Shown: piece after piece, positions 16,846 to 26,142 of the stretch
Layout of the letters: each line of letters opens with the position of its first letter
Position numbering within the stretch: position 1 is the first letter of the stretch
Origin: an uncultured Thermoplasmata archaeon
GTDB taxonomy: Archaea; Thermoplasmatota; Thermoplasmata; SG8-5
Reading direction: 5' to 3'
Length of the DNA: 64,000 nucleotides
Assembly: GCA_964354755.1 (NCBI GenBank)
Contig: CAYHBA010000002.1
Location: 92,002-156,001 of the forward strand
Translations under genes and position numbers: made by a program
Notes under the pieces: model-generated
What the model saw: only the letters and a program-made list of their open reading frames with translations
Told to the model about the DNA's origin: nothing
Database searches by the model: none

Positions 16846-18951
16846 TCATACGATTTTTAACTTCATCCTCCTCTTCCTCGCGCAGATTGGACACCAATGT
16901 TTCTGTTTTACACTCGAAGGTGTAGCTTTCCATATGTGGCCATCTGCACATTGCCAATCTAACTTTATATGGTTTCCAAAGTATTTTTCTGAAAGGCAAC
17001 GACCGCCATGTTCAGCAGCCATCTCCCGCATCTTTTCAATAGTAAGTCTCTTCGGTCCCATTGTCTTTCTCATGCATGTAGTACACCAATGACCCGCTCT
17101 GATGTTTTGAGGTGTAGCCCACCATTCATGGCCAAATTCACAGCGCCAGTGTAGGTTAGTGCTATTATTGACATACACATCAGATAGACACTCACCTTTC
17201 CTTTCCCTGGCAATTTCTCGCATCATCTCGATTGTCAGTTTCTTTGCATTGTCTGAGCACTGCCTGCACCAATTACCCTTTTTTACACTGCTTGGATTCA
17301 TCGAGAACTTGTGCCCAATTTTACACTGCCATTTCAATTTGACATTTGCTCCAAGATACCTATCGGAAAGGCATTCTCCTCCCTGTTCTTTAGCTAATTC
17401 TCTCATTTCTTCAATGGAACCAACATTGTGTCCACAATATGGGCACCAACTACCACGAATTACATTGCTCGGTGTTGCCTTCCAGGTATGTCCTTTAGAA
17501 CATTGCCATTCTAATTTGCGATATATGCCCCGATATTCTTTGGATAGACAAAGACCGCCATGTTTCCTTGCTACTTCCATCATCTCTTCAATTGTTCTGT
17601 TTCGACCATAGCATTTCGGGCACCACGAGCCCATCTGTTTGATAGAATAAGGGATTGCTTCCCAAACATGTCCTTTACTACATCTCCATTTTAATTTCTT
17701 ATCTGTTGAATAATAAATATCAGATAAGCACTCCCCCCCTCGTTCTTTAGCCAGTTGCTGCATTTCTTCCAATCGTTTCCTGGAAAACACATCGAAATCC
17801 AGGTAATTAATTGTTGAAAGGTCTACATTGATGCTAATTTCTCTTTTTTTACATTCTTGAGCAATATATTGGCCCATCTCCTTGTGCGAAACGTCGTAAG
17901 GCACTTCAATCAGAGTGACATGGTTCCTGGCACATATTGACCGTTTCCATTGATCTCGTTGTATCAATTCATGTAATTTATCCTCCCCATATATCGGACG
18001 TGTGTGTTGAGCCCCCTGATATTCAAATGCCAGCTTCAGGTCTTTGTTAAACCCATCCAATTCCATTTTTTGCGATGTTTCTAAATTTACTAACCACGAA
18101 GGCCGTACCTTCTTGAATTTCACTCCGAAAATAGCCTCAAACCAGCCTCGGCAGATATTTTCACTGAGTGTGTTTCTACATATTGGGCACCAATTACCTT
18201 TATTAATTTCGGCCCAAGGGGCTTCCCAATCATGACCCTCGCAGCATTTCCATTTTAATTTTGTATGTGCGTTTTCATATTCATCAGATAGGCATTCGCC
18301 ACCTCTTTTTTTCGCTTCATTCTTCATTTGTTCAAGTGTATGTCTCATATGGCCAGAGCATTGAAGACACCATCGGCCAGTTCTAATGTCTCTCGGAGTA
18401 GCCCACCAAGTATGGCCTTTTTTGCATTGCCATTGTAATTTTGAAGCATTCCCCCCATAGTCAACCGAAAGGCATTTACCACCTTTCGCTGCAGCATTTA
18501 TTTTCAGGTCTTCAATGGTTAGCCGTTTCTGTCCAGCACATTCTGGACACCAATGTCCATTTATTATTGCTCCTAGGCTTGTTTTCCAAATATGTCCTTC
18601 TTTACATTGCCATTTCAAATGCGTTTTACTATTAACATATTTTTCAGAGAGGCATTTACCCCCTTTATTGTGTGCTATCTCTTGCATATCCTTGATTGTT
18701 TTACAAAAATGTCCTGCACACTCTGGGCACCATGTTCCCATTCTTATATGATTAGGAACTGCCTTCCAGACATGTCCTTTGGCACATTGCCATGTTAGAT
18801 GGGTTTGACTATTGATATATGCCTCTGAGAGACATTTGCCTCCCCGTTCCTTTGCAAGGTTCTGCATATCTTCTATTGTGTACCTTATCCGAGCCATTAT
18901 ATCACTCAATTGCTCGTCTTCGACCCCTTTCATAATATTCTTTACATTCAC
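16846..18951 (-). CDS. Protein with nine tandem zinc-ribbon repeats (4 + 5) flanking a central PD-(D/E)xK / DUF559-like nuclease domain
   Basis: The repeat unit is about 58 aa, for example LTIEDM.A.ERGGKCLS..Y.....L.WQC..GH.W.A.P...R.G.WCP.C.G. The central segment MELDGFNKDLKLAFEYQGAQH resembles the catalytic core of restriction-endonuclease-fold (Vsr/DUF559) proteins. Low GC. Confidence 0.65.
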   Translation of the reverse strand: MNVKNIMKGVEDEQLSDIMARIRYTIEDMQNLAKERGGKCLSEAYINSQTHLTWQCAKGHVWKAVPNHIRMGTWCPECAGHFCKTIKDMQEIAHNKGGKCLSEKYVNSKTHLKWQCKEGHIWKTSLGAIINGHWCPECAGQKRLTIEDLKINAAAKGGKCLSVDYGGNASKLQWQCKKGHTWWATPRDIRTGRWCLQCSGHMRHTLEQMKNEAKKRGGECLSDEYENAHTKLKWKCCEGHDWEAPWAEINKGNWCPICRNTLSENICRGWFEAIFGVKFKKVRPSWLVNLETSQKMELDGFNKDLKLAFEYQGAQHTRPIYGEDKLHELIQRDQWKRSICARNHVTLIEVPYDVSHKEMGQYIAQECKKREISINVDLSTINYLDFDVFSRKRLEEMQQLAKERGGECLSDIYYSTDKKLKWRCSKGHVWEAIPYSIKQMGSWCPKCYGRNRTIEEMMEVARKHGGLCLSKEYRGIYRKLEWQCSKGHTWKATPSNVIRGSWCPYCGHNVGSIEEMRELAKEQGGECLSDRYLGANVKLKWQCKIGHKFSMNPSSVKKGNWCRQCSDNAKKLTIEMMREIARERKGECLSDVYVNNSTNLHWRCEFGHEWWATPQNIRAGHWCTTCMRKTMGPKRLTIEKMREMAAEHGGRCLSEKYFGNHIKLDWQCADGHIWKATPSSVKQKHWCPICARKRRMKLKIV

Positions 18952-19156
18952 TCAACGTATAATCATTTAAAGACTTCGGTATATTGGCCGCAAACGTATC
19001 TAATATAAAAAATAATAAAACTCTTTTTACCTTTGGGGTTAATATTCCCTTTATATCTTCATCATTTCCTGTCCAATTTTGTTTTACAGCATATGTTACT
19101 AGTTCTTTCATTAGTCTTTGAAATTCAGCTTCCCGAAACATGCCATTCAACCTCAC
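18902..19156 (-). CDS. Hypothetical 84-aa protein; overlaps the start of the zinc-ribbon gene by 50 nt
   Basis: ORF only, no recognisable domain. Possibly co-transcribed with the gene at 16846. Confidence 0.25.
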   Translation of the reverse strand: MRLNGMFREAEFQRLMKELVTYAVKQNWTGNDEDIKGILTPKVKRVLLFFILDTFAANIPKSLNDYTLSECKEYYERGRRRAIE

Positions 19157-19209
19157 ACTTAATATCCATAATGATTTCAGAATGTATAATGGTTTACCGA
19201 AAGACTAAT

Positions 19210-19233
19210 AAAGAGAAAAAGAGGGACGATTTC
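19210..19233 (-). terminator. Shared T-rich terminator-like motif
   Basis: Minus-sense reads gaaatcgtccctctttttctcttt just 3' of the gene ending at 19269. Variants of the same motif occur at 23272-23297 and 26101-26123. Confidence 0.45.
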
Positions 19234-19268
19234 CTGAACAATACACATTTTTAATTGAGAATACAGCA

Positions 19269-19814
19269 TTATAGAACTATTCTTACCCAACATGAACCAA
19301 AACACACTGGGCATCTGCCAGTGCCATTGCAATATGAGCAAGGTTTTTTCAGAATACTACCAATTTTACCAGTCCCGTGGCACTGCGAACACATTCCTGA
19401 AGGCCTACCTGAAACCAATCCATATGGGCCTATTGGATCACAAGCAATGCAAGTGGCAACTCTCTGCCTCTGATGCTCTCTGCATAAATTACGACCTCCA
19501 TCATTAACGATTCTGCCCATGTTTGCCGCACTCTGGAATAGACCCTGTTCTCGCGAATTTAGTTTACTGCAAAAATAACATTCCTGTTTCTCGCAAATTT
19601 CACACTTGAATAAACGATTACCTTCTGTCAGAGTGTTACCACAATTTGGACATAATGGTAGACTGCTAACTGCCCCAGTGTGATGAACCTGCATACTATT
19701 TTCTTCTATCAGAACTTTACCTCCGCAATGACTGCAATATCCAATTTTTAAAGTATCTGGGAATTGAAGATCCGCACCACAATTTGGACATCTTGCAGGA
19801 ATTAAGTTCACCAT
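19269..19814 (-). CDS. Cys-rich zinc-finger protein with several CxxC/CxxCxGxG-type ribbons; start trimmed to the Met at 19814
   Basis: Contains CPNCGADL, CSHCGG, CPNCGNT, CEICEKQECYFC, CSQCHGTGK and CSYCNGTGRCPVCFGSC. Confidence 0.5.
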   Translation of the reverse strand: MVNLIPARCPNCGADLQFPDTLKIGYCSHCGGKVLIEENSMQVHHTGAVSSLPLCPNCGNTLTEGNRLFKCEICEKQECYFCSKLNSREQGLFQSAANMGRIVNDGGRNLCREHQRQRVATCIACDPIGPYGLVSGRPSGMCSQCHGTGKIGSILKKPCSYCNGTGRCPVCFGSCWVRIVL

Positions 19815-19835
19815 AACATTCCCTTTGTTAATGTT

Positions 19836-19860
19836 AAAGCCCGGTAATAAGGCTTTCGTC
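19836..19860 (-). promoter_or_regulatory. Shared promoter-like motif: a TTATTA TATA-like element sits inside the inverted repeat AAAGCC...GGCTTT
   Basis: Minus-sense reads gacgaaagccttattaccgggcttt about 38 nt upstream of the ATG at 19814. The same motif occurs upstream of at least four other island genes. Confidence 0.5.
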
Positions 19861-19917
19861 AGGAGGCAGGGATCCTCCGGCAGGGCATCACGCCGGCCAG
19901 GGGCTTCAGGATACATT

Positions 19918-20355
19918 CTACCATATGTAATGTTTAACATTATTTCGACAATTAATGCAATATCTTGTATCTGGTGCAAGATTGGTTTTGCATCGGTGAC
20001 ATTCAAAATAACCTTTTTCTCTAATCATTTCTATTCGATTTAAATTATATAATCCCTCTAAGAATAATAAGATTGAACATAAAATAAGGATTATCCACGT
20101 ATATACACGAGTATGTATTAGTTCATTCCATCCTTTAATAAGGGGTATAACAATTATTATCATCCATACAATGATTGGAGAAAAAATTGAGGTGTAAGTA
20201 TACCATTTTAATTTTCGAGGTATTGCGTTGTTTTGAAGAATGTATGTTTTTTGAACATGCCCGCATTTGTCACATTTTGATGTCGAAATGGGATTTGCAC
20301 AGTAACCGCACCAGTTATGATGGAAATCACTTCTTTGAGGAATAATTGTTGACAT
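19918..20355 (-). CDS. Zinc-ribbon membrane protein, hypothetical
   Basis: N-terminal C-x2-C...C-x2-C ribbon. C-terminal C-x2-C...C-x2-C ribbon. Two or three TM helices lie between them. Confidence 0.4.
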   Translation of the reverse strand: MSTIIPQRSDFHHNWCGYCANPISTSKCDKCGHVQKTYILQNNAIPRKLKWYTYTSIFSPIIVWMIIIVIPLIKGWNELIHTRVYTWIILILCSILLFLEGLYNLNRIEMIREKGYFECHRCKTNLAPDTRYCINCRNNVKHYIW

Positions 20356-20370
20356 GCGCCTTTCGCCCCT

Positions 20371-20406
20371 CAAGTGAATGCGAAAGCCCGGTAATAAGGC
20401 TTTCGT
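20371..20406 (-). promoter_or_regulatory. Shared promoter-like motif copy upstream of the gene starting at 20355
   Basis: Minus-sense reads acgaaagccttattaccgggctttcgcattcacttg, followed by gaggggcgaaaggcgc and then ATG. Confidence 0.5.
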
Positions 20407-20450
20407 AAGCCAGCCCAGTGGTAATTTCGCCTTGGTCTTTGATCTTCGAC

Positions 20451-20972
20451 TTAATCCAGTGTGAAGGTTGTAGGTTCATCCATCCGAAGTAAATCCTCCC
20501 ATGAATATTCCCAAATGACTACCGAATAAGTCGTATGCTGACCAAGGTTAGAAACAACGATGAAATCATTTTTATTAACCTCATTCTCCTGGAAATTCAT
20601 GTCTGTGTACTCTGCTGATGCGCCTCCTGTTGCACTCATCGTAACAGTTGATGCGCCCGGTGGGGTCTGTAAATATATTTCCACAACATCAGATTGATTC
20701 GAAGTATTGGTGATAATCAATTTTATATCACATGGCATTGGATTATAACTGGGTGGTGGGTGTCCAGCTAATATCTCCATAAAAATGATTTTCACACTCG
20801 TTGAACTTTGAACATCGAATTGTAGTTTGGCATGAGGGGATGTGTCTTTGGGTGGTCCGAATGGACCTATACCCAATGCCATTGCGAGAGTTAGCGGAAT
20901 TAAAACTGCCCCGGCTACTACAATGAAAATAATTTCACCTTTGTAATTCTCCCAATTCCTTTTGGATTTCAT
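20451..20972 (-). CDS. Archaeal type IV pilin-like protein (class III signal peptide); paralog of the protein at 10964-11506
   Basis: KG then EIIFIVVAGAVLIPLTLAMAL. The shared C-terminal domain is PPGASTVTMSATGGASAEYTDMNF. Confidence 0.65.
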   Translation of the reverse strand: MKSKRNWENYKGEIIFIVVAGAVLIPLTLAMALGIGPFGPPKDTSPHAKLQFDVQSSTSVKIIFMEILAGHPPPSYNPMPCDIKLIITNTSNQSDVVEIYLQTPPGASTVTMSATGGASAEYTDMNFQENEVNKNDFIVVSNLGQHTTYSVVIWEYSWEDLLRMDEPTTFTLD

Positions 20973-21028
20973 TGCATATGAATTGATTTGAATCTATATA
21001 TAGTTATTATTGACATGTCAATAATGAT

Positions 21029-21055
21029 CCTGTAACAAGGCTTTCGTTTGTTACC
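21029..21055 (-). promoter_or_regulatory. Shared promoter-like motif variant upstream of the pilin-like gene
   Basis: cctgtaacaaggctttcgtttgttacc lies about 60 nt upstream of the start at 20972. Confidence 0.35.
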
Positions 21056-21111
21056 AATCCACAGTCCAAACAGCATCCACTGGGACATGAATCCAAAATA
21101 TCCGAGTATTT

Positions 21112-21199
21112 TTCTTTTAAATTTTCTCCGCTGGCTCGGGCTCTAAAGAAAAATATTCAGCAAAGAAGAAACTCGCCACTCGCCTGCTCGAAAATTCAT
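21112..21199 (-). terminator. T-rich terminator-like element (repeat family 2, copy 2) 3' of the surface-protein gene
   Basis: About 80% identical over 90 nt to the element at 3126-3218. Minus-sense is T-rich. Confidence 0.45.
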
Positions 21200-23215
21200 T
21201 TACCAATTAATTGTCCATATCGTATCCGCAACCACGTGTACCCAGTACCCTTCGCCCGGCTTCATGATGTATGTCGGGCCGGCCTCGGATATTAGGTATG
21301 GTGAGGCAGGGTCGAAGACCTCCACCCGATTCGCCCCTGTACCCCAGAGGGCGTTGGCTACTGTGGTATTATTGTTCAAGGTGGGGAAGCTGACCAGGTT
21401 CCAACCCGCGTAAAGAATGATGCTGGTGGATTGCGGTTCCGCCCCGAAAACTGTCAAGTTGCAGGCCACCGTGGCGTGTAGCCATAAACCCATCGTGTTG
21501 TCGATATAGGTGAGGTCGTTGGCTGTGCCTCCTATTCGGTATGACTTCCAAGGATCCATTTTATCTGTTGGGTCGCACCATTTCACGACATCCCATTTTC
21601 CAGAAATGGAGGACAGTACATTCTCTATTGAGGTACTGGTCATTTCGAAAGGCACAGAGACGAGGTTCCAACCAGCTATAAGTTCGATGGTGCAGACCTG
21701 TGGCAAGGGTTGCCACCGGAACAACGGGTAAGTAATACCCTCCCTCATCCACCAGATGTTTTCGAAGTCCCAGCTTACGTTAGTAAATGTGCTCTGGGTT
21801 TTCATCACGACCGTTGTTTCTCCGGTAGCGTTGCCCGCGGTGCTGTTTTGCCCGCTGGTTTCGACGTCCCAGAAGTTGCCAGTCATCTCATAGTTCCCGC
21901 CTGTGAATATGTCTCCGACAAAGCCTTTGTTCGTTGGATTTGAACCACCATAATAAATCACCTGGCCCGTGGAATAACAGTTGATGATCTTGCCTTGATA
22001 ATTTCTCGCGGCAAACCCACCGAAATACTCATTTGTCCCAGATGAACGTGTCACTGTTCCAGTGGCGTATGAATTTCTAATAGTTCCTAGATAATTCTGA
22101 CTCACTAGTCCGCCAACATACCATACACTTCCACTTACGTTTCCAGTAGCATACGATTTATTAACCGTTCCCCTATTCTGTCCTATTAAACCACCAACAT
22201 TGGATTCTCCAGTTGTGGCTCCAGTGGCATAACAAGCCCTCACTGAGCCCATATTTTCTCCTATTAAGCCACCTATATTATTGAAAGAACCAGTCACTGT
22301 TCCAATGGCGAATGAGTCAATTACAGCGCACCCCCCTAATTCGTTGTAGCCCACGAGTCCTCCCACAATAGAACCACCAATAACATTTCCCATGGCATGT
22401 GAGTTTAAAACCAGGTCTCGGTTTACTCCCACGAGCCCGCCGACACTACCACCGGTACCGCTCACATTTACAATGGCATATGAGTTGTTCACCGTGTCAT
22501 AGTTCGCTCCTATAAGCCCACCGATTCGATGTTTTCCATTCACGGTGCCTGTAGCATGTGAGTTGGCCACAATACCATAGCTGTAACCCACAAGCCCGCC
22601 AATATAATAACTACCAGTTCCACTAACGGTACCTATGGCATATGAATTTGTTATCGTACCCTGATAGTTTTGACCTACGAGCCCGCCAACATACTCGTAT
22701 CCACTCACGGTTCCAGTGCAGTATGAGTTGGTCACTGTATCACAGTTAAATCCCACCAGGCCGCCAACATTGGATCTTCCAGTGATATTGACTTCAATGA
22801 GGCCAACGTTCTTTACGAAACCCCCACTATCAATATATCCGAGGAGTCCTTGATAATTCGTACCCGTTCGGTTGATGTGCAGTCCAGTGATGGTGAAGTT
22901 CTGGCCGTCAAGACTACCGGTAAACCGATTTGGATTTGTTCCAACCGCCACGAAACCTGCGCCACTGTTCCAGTTTATAGTATCGTGCGCGTCAATGTCA
23001 TTCCCCAATGCATAATGTGCCGTTAAGTTCAAACTCATATTTTGCAGTTCCCACACATTCTCAATTATATACGGGTCCTCGACCGTTCCGGAACCCCCAG
23101 CTAAAGCGGTTACTGGTACATCTGAACTCACAACCTCATCCACACATATTCCCACAAACATGCCGCTGAGAAGCATCAGGGCAACGATATAAATTAAGAT
23201 TGACTTCTTCCACAT
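21200..23215 (-). CDS. Secreted surface protein with GLUG-motif beta-helix repeats (VGGLVG.N.G.I.NSYATG) and a duplicated C-terminal beta domain
   Basis: Signal peptide MWKKSILIYIVALMLLSG. More than 12 GGLVG/GGLIG repeats. The C-terminal GWNLVS.P...EAGPTYIMKPGEGYWVHV domain occurs twice. Confidence 0.6.
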   Translation of the reverse strand: MWKKSILIYIVALMLLSGMFVGICVDEVVSSDVPVTALAGGSGTVEDPYIIENVWELQNMSLNLTAHYALGNDIDAHDTINWNSGAGFVAVGTNPNRFTGSLDGQNFTITGLHINRTGTNYQGLLGYIDSGGFVKNVGLIEVNITGRSNVGGLVGFNCDTVTNSYCTGTVSGYEYVGGLVGQNYQGTITNSYAIGTVSGTGSYYIGGLVGYSYGIVANSHATGTVNGKHRIGGLIGANYDTVNNSYAIVNVSGTGGSVGGLVGVNRDLVLNSHAMGNVIGGSIVGGLVGYNELGGCAVIDSFAIGTVTGSFNNIGGLIGENMGSVRACYATGATTGESNVGGLIGQNRGTVNKSYATGNVSGSVWYVGGLVSQNYLGTIRNSYATGTVTRSSGTNEYFGGFAARNYQGKIINCYSTGQVIYYGGSNPTNKGFVGDIFTGGNYEMTGNFWDVETSGQNSTAGNATGETTVVMKTQSTFTNVSWDFENIWWMREGITYPLFRWQPLPQVCTIELIAGWNLVSVPFEMTSTSIENVLSSISGKWDVVKWCDPTDKMDPWKSYRIGGTANDLTYIDNTMGLWLHATVACNLTVFGAEPQSTSIILYAGWNLVSFPTLNNNTTVANALWGTGANRVEVFDPASPYLISEAGPTYIMKPGEGYWVHVVADTIWTINW

Positions 23216-23387
23216 CGTGGATAATAGGAACGTTCTGCTAAATTAACCTTTCCTATGTGATTTATAGTTCATAAAAGAGAAAAAGATGGCCGGTTTCCCC
23301 GCATTCCGAGATTTTAATTCACGTATGAACTAACCTTTAGCCAGCAGAGTCAGATTCAATTCCGCCTTTAATGGACGAATCCAGATA

Positions 23388-25733
23388 CTACCAATCCACA
23401 GTCCATATTGTATCCGTTGGGACATGTACCCAGTACCCTTCGCCCGGCTTCATGATGTATGTCGGGCCGGCCTCCTTGATGTAAGGCGAAACAGAGTCGA
23501 ACGCCTCCACCCTATCCGCTCCCGTGCCCGAGAGAGCCTCTGCGACTGTCATTTCCGAATTCCGGGCCGGGTATCCGACCATGTTCCATCCTGTGTGCAG
23601 AGATATGCTTGTGGATGCGGGCATAATTCCCTCGCCTGCGGTCAGCACCCCGTCCCCGCCGTTGTCGGTGATGTGGAGCCAGATGCCCATGGTATTGTCG
23701 ATCTCCGGCATGTCGTTTGACGATGCCTGCCCTTTCTTATTGAATGATTTCCAGGGGTCCGCAGCATCCTGGGTGTCGAACCACATCGCCCGGTCCCAGG
23801 TCGTGCCGCCGTCTCCATACAATACATCGTTGAACACGGCAGTAATTCTTGTATGGACAGTCAATGGTACGGAAACGAAGGTCCAATAGCCGGTGCCGTC
23901 TCTTGACCGGTTGCTATCTGTATTCACGTCGAAAGTCTTCCAGTTGAACGGCCCTGCTTCCGGCGCAGTGCCGTTGGCAGGAATGCCGACATCATCGGCT
24001 CCGCCCTTCGCGTTCGCGATCCAGTAGAATTTACTCGGCTTTGGGCAGGGATTGGATTCGGGGGTCCAGTCGAACGAGCCATCCACACTTGCATCTGTCC
24101 CGATACAGTTCCAGTTGTCTCCGTGGTTCGTAGAATAAAACAGGTCGATTTCTGTCGGGGTTTCTGTCCAGTTATAGGTGATTGTAATGATTGGGTCGTG
24201 GCCGGCGCCCTGGGGGCCGGTGGCGGTGGCTGTTGAATTTGAATAAACCGTGACGTTTAAAGTATCAATTGAATACAAACCAGTTGTACTTGTAACATTT
24301 AAAGTCACAGTATAGACCCCTATAGATTCATATTTATGAGTTGGAGTAGAACCTATTGCGTCAATATCATTCGTTGGATTACCATCTTGATTAGTATCAA
24401 TATTAGCATTGAAATCCCAACTATAACTAAGTACTTCTGCATTTTTTGCATTATCCCATTGCCAGAGTAGATTTGAACCACCTGCTGTGGTGAACACGTA
24501 TAAAGTTCCATTTGAAGTTGCGCCAGCGTAATAATTTCCATCAAAAGAGCATGAGATATGATTGACAATTCCATTAGTATAAAAAATAGATTCTGGTGTT
24601 CCATTTGCTGGCGTGAATTGATATATTCCTCCATCTTGATTACCGCCAAAGATGTATTGACCATCAGTAGCCATATCTAATGACATACATGCCATACTGG
24701 TCACATGGGTCCAAATTGGAGAAGAACTTGAATTACTGAAAAGTCGAAACCCGTGAGAGGTAGAGGCTCCCCTAGTCTTATACTCTGCAGTGGCAATATA
24801 TTGACCATTATCTGCTGTAACCATCCCGATATGTTTCCCCAAAGATTCTGCAACCCATATACGATTTCCATTGTTATTAAATAACTGTGTATGTTGTAAA
24901 TCGCCTTGTCCCGCTGCAATTTTATTACCATAATAATCTAAAGAAATAGTATAAATTGGACAAAAATAATCAGAATTTTCAGGGAGTATTTTAAAAATGA
25001 AACCTTCTGAAATACCATAATACCGAATTTCATACCAGAATGAGCCTGCGGCAAAGTGAGTACCGTCACCCGAAAATCGAACACTCAATACGGACTGAGG
25101 GAAATCAAAAATATTTATTGGTGATCCTGAATTTGTTTCAAAGAGATAAACTTTACCTACTTTTTCCATTTGAGCTGAAATAGAGAGAAATGTTCCTAGA
25201 GCAATATAATTTCCATCACGAGTCATATCGAAGGCTCTCCGACTTGTTCCATATATGGGATAATTGGTTTGATATGTCCATATCGGTGTACTTTGATTGG
25301 TATTAAAAAAGGAAACATAACCTCTCGATTCCCAAGTATTTGATGGGTCATCATTTTGTGCGGTTGCAAGGTATGTGCCATTTTCAGAAAGAACAACAGC
25401 TACAACTGTTTTTTCAGTGTTAAATGTCCAAAGAGGCTCACTGTTGTTAAGATGAAATAAAGTAATATTTGTTCCCCATCCAATAACAATATAATTACCA
25501 TCCCCAGATATATCTACTACATTAATCGCTTGTCTGTAATTTGGATCATAAGATCCAGTTCCATTGAACTGAACGATTTCATTTACATCTACAAATTGAT
25601 CTGGACCAGCATCAGCTATTGGTGGCAATAAATTATTTATTATATTTTTATCTATGGTTGAAGAAATAACAGTGGGGCTGATGAGAAGAATAACAATTAC
25701 TATTGGTAAGAAAAATGTTCTCATACTTTTCAC
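23388..25733 (-). CDS. Secreted surface protein with beta-propeller repeats, a PKD domain and a C-terminal domain shared with the protein at 21200-23215
   Basis: Signal peptide is present. Propeller blades are YIATA- and YFAAG-type. The PKD-like segment reads TPTHKYESIGVYTVTLNVTSTTG. The last roughly 45 aa are nearly identical to the neighbour at 21200, with a 50-nt identical stretch in the DNA. Confidence 0.6.
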   Translation of the reverse strand: MKSMRTFFLPIVIVILLISPTVISSTIDKNIINNLLPPIADAGPDQFVDVNEIVQFNGTGSYDPNYRQAINVVDISGDGNYIVIGWGTNITLFHLNNSEPLWTFNTEKTVVAVVLSENGTYLATAQNDDPSNTWESRGYVSFFNTNQSTPIWTYQTNYPIYGTSRRAFDMTRDGNYIALGTFLSISAQMEKVGKVYLFETNSGSPINIFDFPQSVLSVRFSGDGTHFAAGSFWYEIRYYGISEGFIFKILPENSDYFCPIYTISLDYYGNKIAAGQGDLQHTQLFNNNGNRIWVAESLGKHIGMVTADNGQYIATAEYKTRGASTSHGFRLFSNSSSSPIWTHVTSMACMSLDMATDGQYIFGGNQDGGIYQFTPANGTPESIFYTNGIVNHISCSFDGNYYAGATSNGTLYVFTTAGGSNLLWQWDNAKNAEVLSYSWDFNANIDTNQDGNPTNDIDAIGSTPTHKYESIGVYTVTLNVTSTTGLYSIDTLNVTVYSNSTATATGPQGAGHDPIITITYNWTETPTEIDLFYSTNHGDNWNCIGTDASVDGSFDWTPESNPCPKPSKFYWIANAKGGADDVGIPANGTAPEAGPFNWKTFDVNTDSNRSRDGTGYWTFVSVPLTVHTRITAVFNDVLYGDGGTTWDRAMWFDTQDAADPWKSFNKKGQASSNDMPEIDNTMGIWLHITDNGGDGVLTAGEGIMPASTSISLHTGWNMVGYPARNSEMTVAEALSGTGADRVEAFDSVSPYIKEAGPTYIMKPGEGYWVHVPTDTIWTVDW

Positions 25734-26049
25734 TTCACCTATAATATGAATGATTATGCATCCTTATAATGTTTTCGTGTAAGCTTACTAAAATTAGATA
25801 ATAAATGGTCATTTTTAGACATTTTAATATGCTGGCACCTGACCACCATTTAGTAAAAATACAAGTTCTTCTCCTATCTGTAATGTAGTAAGTGAACTTC
25901 TGTTTCCAATTAAACGAAATTCTAATCCCCCACAACCTAATCTATTTCTAAACGACTTTAAAATCTTTTCTATTTACTTACGATGACCGCCAAACACTTT
26001 GTTTTTTATGCACATTAATCGGGCATACAGCCCTAGCCAGTAGTCGCTT

Positions 26050-26091
26050 GCCCCAAGTGAATGCGAAAACTCAGTATTAAGGGTTTCGTCG
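26050..26091 (-). promoter_or_regulatory. Shared promoter-like motif variant, about 320 nt upstream of the start at 25733 across an AT-rich leader
   Basis: ccccaagtgaatgcgaaaactcagtattaagggtttcgtcg is related to the motif at 20371-20406. Confidence 0.35.
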
Positions 26092-26142
26092 ATAAGAAGA
26101 AAGAGAAAAAGGGGGACGATTTCGTCGCCTTCCATTTCGCCC

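Noticed and set aside
25735-25935. A 66-aa ORF in the AT-rich leader upstream of the propeller/PKD surface-protein gene
   Set aside because: It lies in a 30%-GC non-coding stretch. The translation is low-complexity (Tyr/Ile/Lys-rich) and lacks a start context.
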